Source: an uncultured delta proteobacterium
GTDB lineage: Bacteria > Desulfobacterota > Desulfuromonadia > Desulfuromonadales > BM103
Length of the DNA stretch: 64,000 nt
Assembly (NCBI GenBank): GCA_963715335.1
Contig: CAVQRZ010000014.1
Span: 160,001-224,000, forward strand
Direction: 5' to 3'
Part shown: piece after piece, positions 1-9,488 of the stretch
How positions within the stretch are numbered: the first letter of the stretch is position 1
Layout: every line of letters starts with the position of its first letter
Program-made: the position numbers and the translations under genes
The notes under the pieces: model-generated
The model's input: only the letters and a program-made list of their open reading frames with translations
Databases searched by the model: none
What the model was told of the DNA's origin: nothing

Positions 1-2
1 CT

Positions 3-587
3 TCTTCGGCACAGCTGCTTGAGCGTGAGGTCGCCAATGCGGAGGCCCGGCAACTGCTTGAAATTATCCAGGAGGAGTCAACCCGCCTGAATGGGTTGAT
101 CACGGAGTTTCTGACCTTCGGTCGGCAGCTCGAGCCACAGCGCCAACCGTGCGACCTGGCGGCATTGACTGCGCGTATCCTTGACTCCCTGCAGAATGTG
201 GCGCAGCAGAAGAGGGTTGCCCTTGCCCTCGATCGCGAATGCTCAACCTGCATCGCTTCCGTCGATGCCGATATGATGCAGCAGGTCCTGCTCAACCTGC
301 TCTTGAATGCGCTGGAGGCAACCGCTCCGGGCGGCCGGGTTCGTGTTGTTTTGGAACAGTATCCGGAGCGGCTCGATATTGTGATCGACGACTCAGGTCA
401 TGGTATCCCCGCAGAGAACCTGGCCAAGGTCTTCGACCCGTTTTTTACCACGAAGAGTGAGGGCACCGGCCTCGGCCTTGCCAATGCCTACAAGATCATG
501 GAGAGTCATGGCGGCTCATTGAAAGTGGCCAGCCACGTCGGCCAAGGCAGTAGATTCACCGCTTCACTTCCACTGGAGGTCAGTTGA
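3..587 (+). CDS. Sensor histidine kinase, C-terminal part (end of HisKA plus HATPase_c); 5' end outside window
   Basis: The frame is open from base 3 (SSAQLLERE...IIQEESTRLNGLITEFL). N-box QVLLNLLLNA, G1 DSGHGI, F-box FDPFFTTK and G2 GTGLGL are present. Confidence 0.93.
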   Translation, partial: SSAQLLEREVANAEARQLLEIIQEESTRLNGLITEFLTFGRQLEPQRQPCDLAALTARILDSLQNVAQQKRVALALDRECSTCIASVDADMMQQVLLNLLLNALEATAPGGRVRVVLEQYPERLDIVIDDSGHGIPAENLAKVFDPFFTTKSEGTGLGLANAYKIMESHGGSLKVASHVGQGSRFTASLPLEVS

Positions 588-1957
588 ATGGCTCACATCC
601 TGGTTGATGATGATGAAAAAATTACCGGTTTGTCCTGGCGAAACTTCTGACTGACGATGGCCACCGGGTCTCAGTTGCCGAGAACCCGTTTGCAGCCCTC
701 GAACTGCTGGGCCGTGAAGATGTTTCGCTGATCCTTTCCGACCTGAGGATGCCGAACATGGACGGCATGGTGTTTCATCAGCGCGTTGTGGAAGATTACG
801 GTGATATACCGTTTATTATCATGACCGCCTTCGCGACCGTGGAAACTGCCCTGCAGTCGATGAAGGCCGGAGTCTTTGATTACCTGATGAAACCTTTCAA
901 GAATGAGGAGATTCTGGTAGTGGTCGAAAAGGCTCTCGGTTTTGCCAGGCTTCGGACTGAAAACACCCTGTTGAGACGACAGCTAGATGCGGGTAACGGC
1001 AGCGAAATCATCGGCCAGAGCGCGGCCGTTCGGCAGCTCCTCCAGGAGATCAAACAGGTCGCGCCTGCGCCGACGTCTGTTCTGATCACTGGTGAGAGCG
1101 GCACCGGCAAAGAACTGGTTGCCAGGGCGTTGCATCACTCCAGCCCCAGGCAGAGTGCTGCACTGGTGGCGGTCAATTGCGCCACCTTCGCCGAGAACCT
1201 GCTCGAGAGCGAGTTGTTCGGTCATGAACGCGGGGCCTTCACAGGGGCCACTGAGCGCAAGCGTGGTCTGCTCGAGATGGCCGACGGCGGCACCTTGTTT
1301 TTAGATGAAATAGGCGAGATGCCTTTGCCCCTTCAGCCCAAGCTGCTGCGCCTGCTGCAGGAGAAACGCTTCAGGAGAGTCGGCGGTACTGCGGAAATCG
1401 AATGTGATGTACGCGTGGTGGCTGCGACCAACCGGGATCTGAAGACCCTGATCGCGGCAGGGCAGTTTCGAGATGATCTCTATTACCGTCTCAACGTGGT
1501 AACCTTGAATATCCCGCCGCTGCGGGAAAGAGCAGAAGACATACCGTTGTTGGCCCTGTTCTTTGTGCGACGTTATGCCCGGGAGTTGGGCCGGCCGGTT
1601 AGCGGATTTGCCGCCGAGACGCTGCAACTGCTGCAGCAGTATGCATGGCCCGGCAACGTTCGCGAACTGCAGAACATCATTGAACGGGGCGTACTGTTCT
1701 GCAGCGGCGATCAATTTACGCCGCAGGAGCTGCCGTTGTCCCTGCAAGGAGCTGTTGCCGATTCAACTGAAACCAGATTGAAAACACCGGAACTCGGTAA
1801 GCCATTACCCGAGCTCCTCGATAAAGTTGAATCAGACCTGATCCAGCGGGCCATGATTCAGGCCCGCGGGGTCCAGGCCCGGGCTGCGAGGTTGCTGGGC
1901 ATCAGTCGCAGTAACCTGCAGTACAAGTTGCGCAAATATGGCATGATGTCCGACTGA
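588..1957 (+). CDS. Sigma54-dependent response regulator (NtrC/AtoC family: REC, AAA+, Fis HTH); one-base frameshift near 616-621
   Basis: ATG588 reads MAHILVDDDEK. Adding one A to the A6 run joins it to NYRFVLAKLL...LSDLRMPNMDG. Motifs GESGTGKE, ESELFGHERGAFTGA (GAFTGA), LFLDEIGE, WPGNVREL and a C-terminal HTH are present. Confidence 0.92.
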
Positions 1958-1986
1958 TGCAGAAATTTTGCAATTGCAGTCTATCG

Positions 1987-2036
1987 CCGGGGCATTATGT
2001 ACAGCTTTTTGTACAAAATGCCCCGGGTTTTTATTT
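1987..2036 (+). terminator. 17-bp inverted repeat (one mismatch) followed by a T-rich tract; terminator and/or enhancer-binding site
   Basis: CCGGGGCATTATGTACA-gctttt-TGTACAAAATGCCCCGG then GTTTTTATTT. It lies just after the NtrC stop and about 40 bp upstream of a sigma54 promoter. Confidence 0.5.
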
Positions 2037-2067
2037 AAAACGTAATGATTCAAGCGTCTTAACCTGT

Positions 2068-2083
2068 TGGCACAGCTGCTGCA
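2068..2083 (+). promoter_or_regulatory. Sigma54 (-24/-12) promoter for the YceI-PKS operon
   Basis: TGGCAC-AGCTG-CTGCA. GG at 2069-2070 and GC at 2081-2082 are separated by exactly 10 nt. Confidence 0.75.
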
Positions 2084-2275
2084 TCGTAACAGCTGACGAG
2101 ATGTTCCGTGCCGGTGTTCTGAGCTGCCTGGACAAGCCATTCGACAATCAGGCATATTGACTCTGGTCGCCGATATTTTGTTGCAGCGACCCGAGACCTT
2201 GTGTGTGGCACGGAACGGTCTTGAAGATCAACCATTTATCAATAAAGATGTTTTCCAGAAGGAGCCTGTGACCTC

Positions 2276-2896
2276 ATGAAGCTGCGTATTTGGATCATCA
2301 GTATTGCCGCCGTTCTTAGCCTTGCCATCTATGCAGAGGCAATACCCCTGGATGGAGAGTGCTCCATCCGGTTTTTTGGTAAATCGACCCTGCATGATTT
2401 CGCAGGTCAGGCTGTCTGCCAACCCTTTGTGCTGCAGACCGAAGATCAGGAATCGGGCCGTCAGGTGGTTCGGCAGCAAGTGGTGACTGTTCTGGTCAGT
2501 GAGATGGACACTGACAATGAAGGGCGTGACAAGAAGATGCGGGGCATGTTTGACAGCACAAACTTCCCCGAGATCAAGGGCCACTTCGCTGACCTTGAAC
2601 CGGAAGTGGTTCTCGAACAACTCAAGGCGGCCGAAAACGGGCAGGGGAATCTTGAGTTCGATTTGCAGATCCGGAAGATCACACAACACATCAAGGCCAA
2701 AACCAGTCGGTTGACGATCACCCCGGAACAGATAGTATTCACCATGGAGTTCCCACTGTCGTTGGCCAGTTTCGAACTCAAGCCGCCAAGCGTGATGGGT
2801 ATAATCCGCGTGGCTGACGACGTGCAGGTTGAGGTTCAAACCACCCTGTATCGCCAGCCCTCCGCTAAAGGATCGGCGGCCGAGAAGGAGCAATGA
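2276..2896 (+). CDS. YceI-family (polyisoprenoid/lipid-binding) periplasmic protein
   Basis: Signal peptide; motifs IRFFGKSTLHDFAG, MDTDNEGRDKKMRGMFDSTNFPEI and LASFELKPPSVMGIIRVADDVQV match YceI-like barrels. Confidence 0.8.
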   Translation: MKLRIWIISIAAVLSLAIYAEAIPLDGECSIRFFGKSTLHDFAGQAVCQPFVLQTEDQESGRQVVRQQVVTVLVSEMDTDNEGRDKKMRGMFDSTNFPEIKGHFADLEPEVVLEQLKAAENGQGNLEFDLQIRKITQHIKAKTSRLTITPEQIVFTMEFPLSLASFELKPPSVMGIIRVADDVQVEVQTTLYRQPSAKGSAAEKEQ

Positions 2897-2897
2897 T

Positions 2898-4058
2898 ATG
2901 TCTGTCTGGATCCAGCACATCGAAACCATGAATCCTGGAGTGGCCTATTCGCAGGAATATGCCAGCAGGAAGATGCAGGAATGGACTGAGGATGACCGCC
3001 TCAAGCGCATGACCAGGATTCTTTACAAGAAATCCGGTATCGATCGTCGATATAGCGTGATCACATCTTTCGACCAGAATCTGCCCGGAGATTTTTTCCC
3101 TCTCGACGATGGTGGCAAAAGGCGTGAACTCTCCACTGCCGAACGCAATGCCATCTATACCCGGGAAGCCCACGGACTGTCCGTCGATCTGGCGCGCAAG
3201 ACGATTGAAGGCTGCCCCGGTGTCGAGGCAGAGGATATAACCCATGTGATTACAGTCTCCTGTACCGGTTTCTGCAATCCCGGGCCCGATTACCATATCG
3301 TCAACGATCTTGGCCTGTCCCATGCGACGCAACGTTATAACCTCGGCTTCATGGGTTGCTATGCGGCTTTCCCCGGGTTGAGAATGGCCCGGCAGTTCTG
3401 CGAGGCCAACCCGGAAGCTGTTGTGCTGGTGCTGTGCCTTGAACTCTGCAGCCTGCATCTGCAACTCAACGATCGCGAAGATTCGATGCTGGCCAATTCG
3501 CTCTTCTCCGATGGCGCCGCGGCTGTGATTGTCAGCGCCCGCCCGCCTGAGCCGACCCAGTCAGCTTATCGATTCGGTCATTTTCATTCGTCCCTGGTCC
3601 CCAGCGGCAGGGCCGACATGGCCTGGACCATAGGCGATCTCGGTTTCGACATCGCCCTGTCAAGCTACGTGCCGAAGATCATCGGCGCCAATATCCGCGA
3701 AGCGATCAAGCCGGTCCTCGCTTCGCGCAGTCTTGGCCTTGAAGATATCGGAACCTGGGCGGTCCATCCCGGCGGTAAGGCGATTGTCGACAAGGTGGCT
3801 GAAAGTCTTGACCTCAGTGACCCGCAAGTCGCCGCCTCGCGTAAGGTTTTGCGCGAGTACGGCAACATGAGCAGTGTCACGATCCTGTTCGTCCTGCGCG
3901 AAATATTGCACCGCAAAGATGCCCCGCTCACAGAGGATATCTGTGCCATGGCATTCGGCCCGGGGTTGACTGTCGAGATGGGACTGTTGGAGGCACAACG
4001 TTATCGTCAGGGAATAAACGTGGTCAGACCGCATGAGGTCGAACCGGTCCTGGCGTGA
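2898..4058 (+). CDS. Type III polyketide synthase (chalcone/stilbene synthase family)
   Basis: Catalytic triad motifs GFMGC (Cys), WAVHPGG (His) and GNMSS (Asn), plus VSCTG, LFSDGAAA and FGPGLT. Start taken as ATG2898, immediately after the yceI stop. Confidence 0.96.
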   Translation: MSVWIQHIETMNPGVAYSQEYASRKMQEWTEDDRLKRMTRILYKKSGIDRRYSVITSFDQNLPGDFFPLDDGGKRRELSTAERNAIYTREAHGLSVDLARKTIEGCPGVEAEDITHVITVSCTGFCNPGPDYHIVNDLGLSHATQRYNLGFMGCYAAFPGLRMARQFCEANPEAVVLVLCLELCSLHLQLNDREDSMLANSLFSDGAAAVIVSARPPEPTQSAYRFGHFHSSLVPSGRADMAWTIGDLGFDIALSSYVPKIIGANIREAIKPVLASRSLGLEDIGTWAVHPGGKAIVDKVAESLDLSDPQVAASRKVLREYGNMSSVTILFVLREILHRKDAPLTEDICAMAFGPGLTVEMGLLEAQRYRQGINVVRPHEVEPVLA

Positions 4059-4082
4059 TATTGACTGAGACGGAATAAACCC

Positions 4083-6362
4083 TTGTCAGGATTGCCAAAG
4101 ATAATGCCATGGCTGTTGACCCGCGGCCGGACTCCGGCCCTGCTGGTACTGGTCTGCCTGACCTTGTTTATGTCGGTGTTTGCCAGTCAGCTCCGTGTCG
4201 AGCAGGAGCCACACTCGATGGTTTCAAGTCAATCCGGGCAATTGGCCACTTATGACAGGTTCCGTGATCTGTTCGGCAATGACGAAGACCTGCTCTTGAG
4301 TGTCACGCATCCGCAATTACTTGAACCGGTCGGTCTGGCGATCATTGCCGGTCTGACTGAACGGCTTGCGGGTTTCGCAGGCGTACGACATGTCTTGAGC
4401 CTGAGCAACGCCCGACAACTGGTTTCAGGTCGATATGGTGCCGAGGATGTTCCCCTTCTGCCCGACCGGGCCAGCACCGAAGATTTGACAGCTGCGGTCG
4501 GGACCGCACTTGAGAGGAACCCCCAATATGAAGGATTGCTGATTTCGCGGGACCGGCGCACAGCGGGGCTGCTTGTCGAACTGGATGATCACCGCGGCGA
4601 TGTTGCGCAAAGGCACCGTCTGATCAGTCAGATCCGGGCCATGATGAACGACCTGGAAGGGCAGGCGGAGCTTCATCTGACCGGGGTCGGGGTACAGAAG
4701 ATCGATGTGGCTGATTACGTGCAACGCGATCAGCAGATCGTCCTGCCTCTGGTCGTGGTGGTCCTGGCTTTCATGCTGGCCATAATCTTTCGTCGTCCCT
4801 CCGGAATCCTGCTGCCTTTGCTGGCGACCATGGTCAGCCTGGTCTGGACGATGGGCTTCTATGCCTTGTGCGGATTCGAACTGAACATTATAACCTCACT
4901 GCTGCCACCGGTGGTTATGGTGCTCGCGATCTCGAACAGCATCCACCTTTATAACGGCTGGTTGCACCTGGAAGATGATGACAGCCAACGGGTCGAAAAA
5001 ATCGTCGCCAAGGTCGGAGAGCTCTTTCTGCCCTGTCTTTTTACCGCGTTAACGACCGCTCTTGGCCTGATTTCGTTGACCATAAGTGCGGTGCCGGCCG
5101 TTCGTCAATTTGCCCTGTTCGCTGCCGTCGGGGTGCTTGTTTCCCTGCTGGTCAGCCTGACCCTGGTTCCGATCGGCATGAGTTTCCTGCCTTTGCCAGG
5201 GCGACATTTCCGAACCGGGACCGGTCTGTTGAGGGTGGTCCTGGAGAGGATCGCGAATCTTACCGTGAATTCCCCTCGCGCTATCATGCTGGTTGCGCTG
5301 CTGTTGCTGGCCGTGACCATGTTCGGCCTGCCCCGGCTGCAAAACAACACCGATATGGTCGGTTTCCTGCGCTCTGATGCACCCCTGGCCATTGACACCA
5401 GGTACATCGATCGGCAACTGGCCGGTGTGAATACCATAGAGTACATGCTCGACAGGAAAGACGGCCGGGCCCTGGAATCCCCTGGCGATTTTTCCCGGTT
5501 GGCACAATTCGAGGCTTACGCCAGGTCTCGAGAACCGGTGGCCAACGTCTATTCGATCCTGACTTTATTGCGCCAGGTCCACCGTGCCGAGACCGATGGT
5601 GCGCTGTCGCAACTGCCTGCTGACCCTGATCAGCTGCGTTATGAATTCGACCTGATGGCCATGGCACCGGACCAGTCCATGCAGAGGCGATTTTTGGCTC
5701 CTGATCGGGCAACGGCCCGGGTCAGTGTCTGGCTGCACGACATCGGCAGTCGAAAAACCGCCGACGTCGTTGATGACCTCGATGCGTACGGCAGCACGCT
5801 CTTCGGCGACGGTTACCGGTTGACTCCAACCGGCAGCTTTTACCAGTTGACCCAGGATTCAAACCGCCTGGTCGCAGACATGCTCAAGAGTTTCGCTCTC
5901 TCACTCTCATTGGTCATGCTGGCAATCCTGGTGTTGCTCCGTTCACCCAGGCTGACTCTGCTGGCAATGATCCCGAACCTTATCCCGATCCTCTGGACCT
6001 TTGGTCTCATGGGCCATTTCGGTATTGACCTGAGCACCGGGACCGCGATGATCGGAGCGGTCGTCATCGGCCTGGCCGTTGATGACACCATCCATTACCT
6101 GGTGCACTACCGACGTGTCTACGCCGGGGTCGTCAGCAAGGCGGTGACCGAGACCACCACCCGGATCGGTCGGGCTCTGATGATTGCAACGCTGGTTTTA
6201 GCTTGCGGTTTCTGGGTCGGCTGTCTTGGCAGTTTCAAGCCGACGATCTACTTTTCATTTCTGGTCGGGGGAACGCTGTTCGGGGCTTTGATCTGTGATC
6301 TTCTGGTACTGCCTGCCTGCCTGATGCTCGGCTGCCCGACCCGCCGCGAGGCCGCCTCATGA
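4083..6362 (+). CDS. MMPL/RND-family lipid exporter
   Basis: 759 aa with two repeats of TM, periplasmic domain and multi-TM block. Motifs GLAVDDTIH and LFTALTTALG. Confidence 0.9.
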   Translation: MSGLPKIMPWLLTRGRTPALLVLVCLTLFMSVFASQLRVEQEPHSMVSSQSGQLATYDRFRDLFGNDEDLLLSVTHPQLLEPVGLAIIAGLTERLAGFAGVRHVLSLSNARQLVSGRYGAEDVPLLPDRASTEDLTAAVGTALERNPQYEGLLISRDRRTAGLLVELDDHRGDVAQRHRLISQIRAMMNDLEGQAELHLTGVGVQKIDVADYVQRDQQIVLPLVVVVLAFMLAIIFRRPSGILLPLLATMVSLVWTMGFYALCGFELNIITSLLPPVVMVLAISNSIHLYNGWLHLEDDDSQRVEKIVAKVGELFLPCLFTALTTALGLISLTISAVPAVRQFALFAAVGVLVSLLVSLTLVPIGMSFLPLPGRHFRTGTGLLRVVLERIANLTVNSPRAIMLVALLLLAVTMFGLPRLQNNTDMVGFLRSDAPLAIDTRYIDRQLAGVNTIEYMLDRKDGRALESPGDFSRLAQFEAYARSREPVANVYSILTLLRQVHRAETDGALSQLPADPDQLRYEFDLMAMAPDQSMQRRFLAPDRATARVSVWLHDIGSRKTADVVDDLDAYGSTLFGDGYRLTPTGSFYQLTQDSNRLVADMLKSFALSLSLVMLAILVLLRSPRLTLLAMIPNLIPILWTFGLMGHFGIDLSTGTAMIGAVVIGLAVDDTIHYLVHYRRVYAGVVSKAVTETTTRIGRALMIATLVLACGFWVGCLGSFKPTIYFSFLVGGTLFGALICDLLVLPACLMLGCPTRREAAS

Positions 6363-6994
6363 CGCGGTCGTTTTTGACGTTACTGTTGACCTTCGCAGTG
6401 ATCTCATCCTCCTGGGCCGGAGAACCTCGACAGGGCCGCTTGGCGGCCCTGCTCGAAACGGCCAATGACCAGGTCGTTCATCGTGTCGTAGTTCCATCGA
6501 CCGAACAGCCGCAGGGCGAGGTCCAGTTGCTCCGACGTAACAACCTGCTGGTTGTCCGTACTCTCCTGGCCAGCCGGGTCCTGAAACGTGTCGGCGCAAC
6601 CATCGATGCAAGGGAACGCCGCAACTGGCCTGAATCCCGGGATGGCCACGCGGCATCGGTTCGTTACCGGGACGAGCTGTTCCGGGCCGTCGAACAGGCC
6701 TGGGAAAGGTTTCGCCAACGCACTGATCCGGGCGAAACCCGCCAGTTTCTGTCTATAGAATTCATTCTTGCAGGCGACAGTGCAGCCATCGCACTGTCGC
6801 TGCCAAGCCTTGAGGGTGATTATGGCCGTCTGACATTACTTAGCCAGGAGAATATCCAGGCATGGAAGGTTTCACGGAGTTATGTGCGGGGCAATATTCT
6901 TGAAATTGTGCAGGACAGTTTTCACCTCGATGAGTCGGCGGCCTCTGCATTGCTTGCTCCGCTTTGGCCCGACGGCGACCGTGCCGAACGCTAA
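6359..6994 (+). CDS. Exported hypothetical protein, translationally coupled to MMPL
   Basis: ATGA overlap with the MMPL stop; Sec-type signal peptide ending SSWA; no family recognised. Confidence 0.75.
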   Translation: MTRSFLTLLLTFAVISSSWAGEPRQGRLAALLETANDQVVHRVVVPSTEQPQGEVQLLRRNNLLVVRTLLASRVLKRVGATIDARERRNWPESRDGHAASVRYRDELFRAVEQAWERFRQRTDPGETRQFLSIEFILAGDSAAIALSLPSLEGDYGRLTLLSQENIQAWKVSRSYVRGNILEIVQDSFHLDESAASALLAPLWPDGDRAER

Positions 6995-7054
6995 CAGGAT
7001 CTGACCTGTCCGGGGGATTACAGCTGTAGCATCAACCTGAGAATTGAGGGCCAT

Positions 7055-7801
7055 GTGGCAACAAACAGTAAGTTTTCCCTGAAGATCAGGGATTATATAA
7101 ATACTCCGGAGCGCAAGCGAGAATACAACGAACAGCATTTCGGTGAGGCGGCCCGGCACTATGATCTTGCCACTCGAGCCATGTCGCTGGGACGAGATAT
7201 GGCCTGGAAACGGAAGCTCGTTGCCGCTCTACCGAGGTTCCCGGCACCGGTCTGTGTCGATCTTGCCTGTGGTACCGGTGACGTCACCCTGCTTTTGGCC
7301 GACAAGTATCCTGCCGGCCGTGTTATCGGCATAGATCTGACCGAGTCGATGCTGAAGCTGGCCAGGCAGCGCAGCCAGGCAGGCAATGTCGAGTTCCTTC
7401 ATCAGGATATGGGTGCGACCGGTCTGCCGGATGAACTGGCGGACATTGTTACAGGCAGCTATGCCGTACGCAATGCCCCGGAATTTCACCAGGCTTTTGT
7501 TGAAATCCATAGAATTCTCAGGCCGGGTGGATTTGTCGCCTTGCTCGATTTTTCGAAATCTCCGAAGCCCTGGTTGCAAAAGCTGCAGCTCTTCGTCCTG
7601 AAATACTGGTGCGGTCTGTGGGGGTTGATCCTGCACCGCAACCCCGAAGTGCATTCCTACATCGCTGCCAGTCTGAAAAGTTTTCCGGATCGCATCCGGT
7701 TGCACGACCAGCTGCAGGAATGCGGTTTTGCAATCAGTTATTCGAAACGCTTTTACCTGGGGACAGTGGAGCTGCTTGTGCTGCAGAAACCGGGGATATA
7801 G
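7055..7801 (+). CDS. UbiE/COQ5-like SAM-dependent methyltransferase
   Basis: FGEAARHYDLATRAMSLGRDMAWKR, DLACGTGD, EIHRILRPGG, LLDFSK and SYIAASLKSFP follow the UbiE/MenG pattern. Confidence 0.88.
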   Translation: MATNSKFSLKIRDYINTPERKREYNEQHFGEAARHYDLATRAMSLGRDMAWKRKLVAALPRFPAPVCVDLACGTGDVTLLLADKYPAGRVIGIDLTESMLKLARQRSQAGNVEFLHQDMGATGLPDELADIVTGSYAVRNAPEFHQAFVEIHRILRPGGFVALLDFSKSPKPWLQKLQLFVLKYWCGLWGLILHRNPEVHSYIAASLKSFPDRIRLHDQLQECGFAISYSKRFYLGTVELLVLQKPGI

Positions 7802-7931
7802 CCTGTGGCGTAACCGGGGAGCGCAGATGGATTGCAGGTCGTCTGAAAAACGATAGTTTCTCGGAACAGTCAGGCGCGCCTCACTGACATATGTCGAAAA
7901 TCAGTAAAATTCATGAAGCTTAGGTACCCTT

Positions 7932-9479
7932 TTGTCAAAACAACCCGTGAAGCATGACGTAATCATCGTTGGCGCCGGGCCGGTCGGTTTGACAATCGCC
8001 AACCTCCTGGGCCTCTACGGTGTCCGGACTCTTGTCCTGGAGAAAGAACTCCTGGCCCCGGACGCGCCCCGCGCGGTGTCTCTCGATGACGAGAGCCTGC
8101 GTATCTGGCAGCAGTGCGGGTTGCTCAAGGAGATGACCCCCTTTATCGCTGAGGGCGAGGAAGGGGATTTGGTCTTCACCTATCGCACCCGGTCCGGGCG
8201 GGCGATCTTCAGCATGGCCCAGCGCGGCCGTCCCTATGGCTATGCCCGGGGCAACGTGTTCCTGTTCCATCGCGTTCTGGAAGTGTTGAGGGCAGGAATC
8301 GAGCGCTTTGCCCATGTCGAACTTCGCACCGGCTGGTCTGCCCGAAGCTGCAGCCAGGATGAAGGGTGTGTCCAACTGGCTGCGCGTGATCAGGACGGGG
8401 CGTTGCAGAACCTCACCGCAAGCTACCTGGTCGGCTGCGATGGTGGCCGCAGCACGGTTCGGAACGCCCTGAACATACCGATGCAGGGCTCCGCCTATGC
8501 CGAGGCCTGGCTGATCGTCGACACCTTCACCCCCGATCTCGCTGAACAGCCGGTTCGGCAAGGTGTCGAAGTCTGGTGCGACAAACGATGCCCGACGGCA
8601 AGTATCCCGTTGCCCGGCGGCTATCGGCGCTGGGAATTCCTGTTACGCGAAGATTTGAGTGCTGCGGGTTGCCTAGATGATGACCGGATCCGGTCGCTTA
8701 TAGAGCAGCGCACACCTCTCGGTCATGCCAGGATCGTGCGCCACCTGGTGCACACCTACAAAGGGAGCGTGGCGGAACGTTACGGCGTGGGCCGTGTCTT
8801 CCTGGCTGGCGACGCTGCCCATCTTTCCCCGCCATTTGCCGGACAGGGTCTGGCCACAGGTTTGCGGGATGCGGTTAATCTATGCTGGAAGCTTGCGTAT
8901 GTGCTGCGCGGCGTGGCGTCCCCTGATCTGCTGCACAGTTATCAACGGGAACGTCGGCCACATCAGCTCACGATGCTCCGGTTGGCCAGGCGGATGGGGA
9001 AGATGATGATGCCAAGAACCCGTCTCCAGGAAGTTATGGTCGTTGCCCTGTTTGCCTTGGCCGGTCGTTTCAGATGGTTAAGGCAATCGATGGAGATTCG
9101 GGGGGCGAATGTCACCCCGGTCTACGCCGAACGGGGAAAGGTGAAAAGCGGAAAGACCGGGCACTACCTGATTCAGCCAGGGGTTGGAAACCATGGGTTG
9201 CTCGATGATCTGCTCGGCCTGAATTACGCTGTGGTCAGCTTTGACAGGCCAGCGCAAGAGGCCTTAAGTGCCCAGGAGTTGCAGTCCTGGCAGCGTTGCG
9301 GAGCCACATTCGTTTGGCTGCGGCCCGAGGGTCAAACCGCTGAGGCTTTCCTGGCCTTCCAAGACTGGCTTGGCGATTGTCGATGCCGCCTGCTGATCGT
9401 CAGGCCGGACCGCTTTGTCAGTGATGATCGTGTCCTGCCCGAGCTGGCAGCTGATACAAGTCTGGAGCTGTCGGCCTGA
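7932..9479 (+). CDS. FAD-dependent aromatic hydroxylase/monooxygenase (MhpA/PheA-like)
   Basis: GAGPVG Rossmann motif, GCDGGRS (DG motif), LAGDAAH..PPFAGQGLATGLRDAVNL (GD motif) and C-terminal IVRPDRFV. Confidence 0.92.
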   Translation: MSKQPVKHDVIIVGAGPVGLTIANLLGLYGVRTLVLEKELLAPDAPRAVSLDDESLRIWQQCGLLKEMTPFIAEGEEGDLVFTYRTRSGRAIFSMAQRGRPYGYARGNVFLFHRVLEVLRAGIERFAHVELRTGWSARSCSQDEGCVQLAARDQDGALQNLTASYLVGCDGGRSTVRNALNIPMQGSAYAEAWLIVDTFTPDLAEQPVRQGVEVWCDKRCPTASIPLPGGYRRWEFLLREDLSAAGCLDDDRIRSLIEQRTPLGHARIVRHLVHTYKGSVAERYGVGRVFLAGDAAHLSPPFAGQGLATGLRDAVNLCWKLAYVLRGVASPDLLHSYQRERRPHQLTMLRLARRMGKMMMPRTRLQEVMVVALFALAGRFRWLRQSMEIRGANVTPVYAERGKVKSGKTGHYLIQPGVGNHGLLDDLLGLNYAVVSFDRPAQEALSAQELQSWQRCGATFVWLRPEGQTAEAFLAFQDWLGDCRCRLLIVRPDRFVSDDRVLPELAADTSLELSA

Positions 9480-9488
9480 CTGTTGAGG

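Noticed and set aside
611..625. Programmed frameshift or phase variation in the NtrC gene
   Set aside because: A single missing A in an A6 run is a typical long-read error, and the rest of the gene is intact.
2206..2226. Second sigma54 box TGGCACGG
   Set aside because: There is no GC at the required -12 spacing.
7055..7801. Calling this the housekeeping ubiE/menG
   Set aside because: It is UbiE-like but sits in the PKS operon with no men/mqn genes nearby. Orthology cannot be established without a phylogeny.
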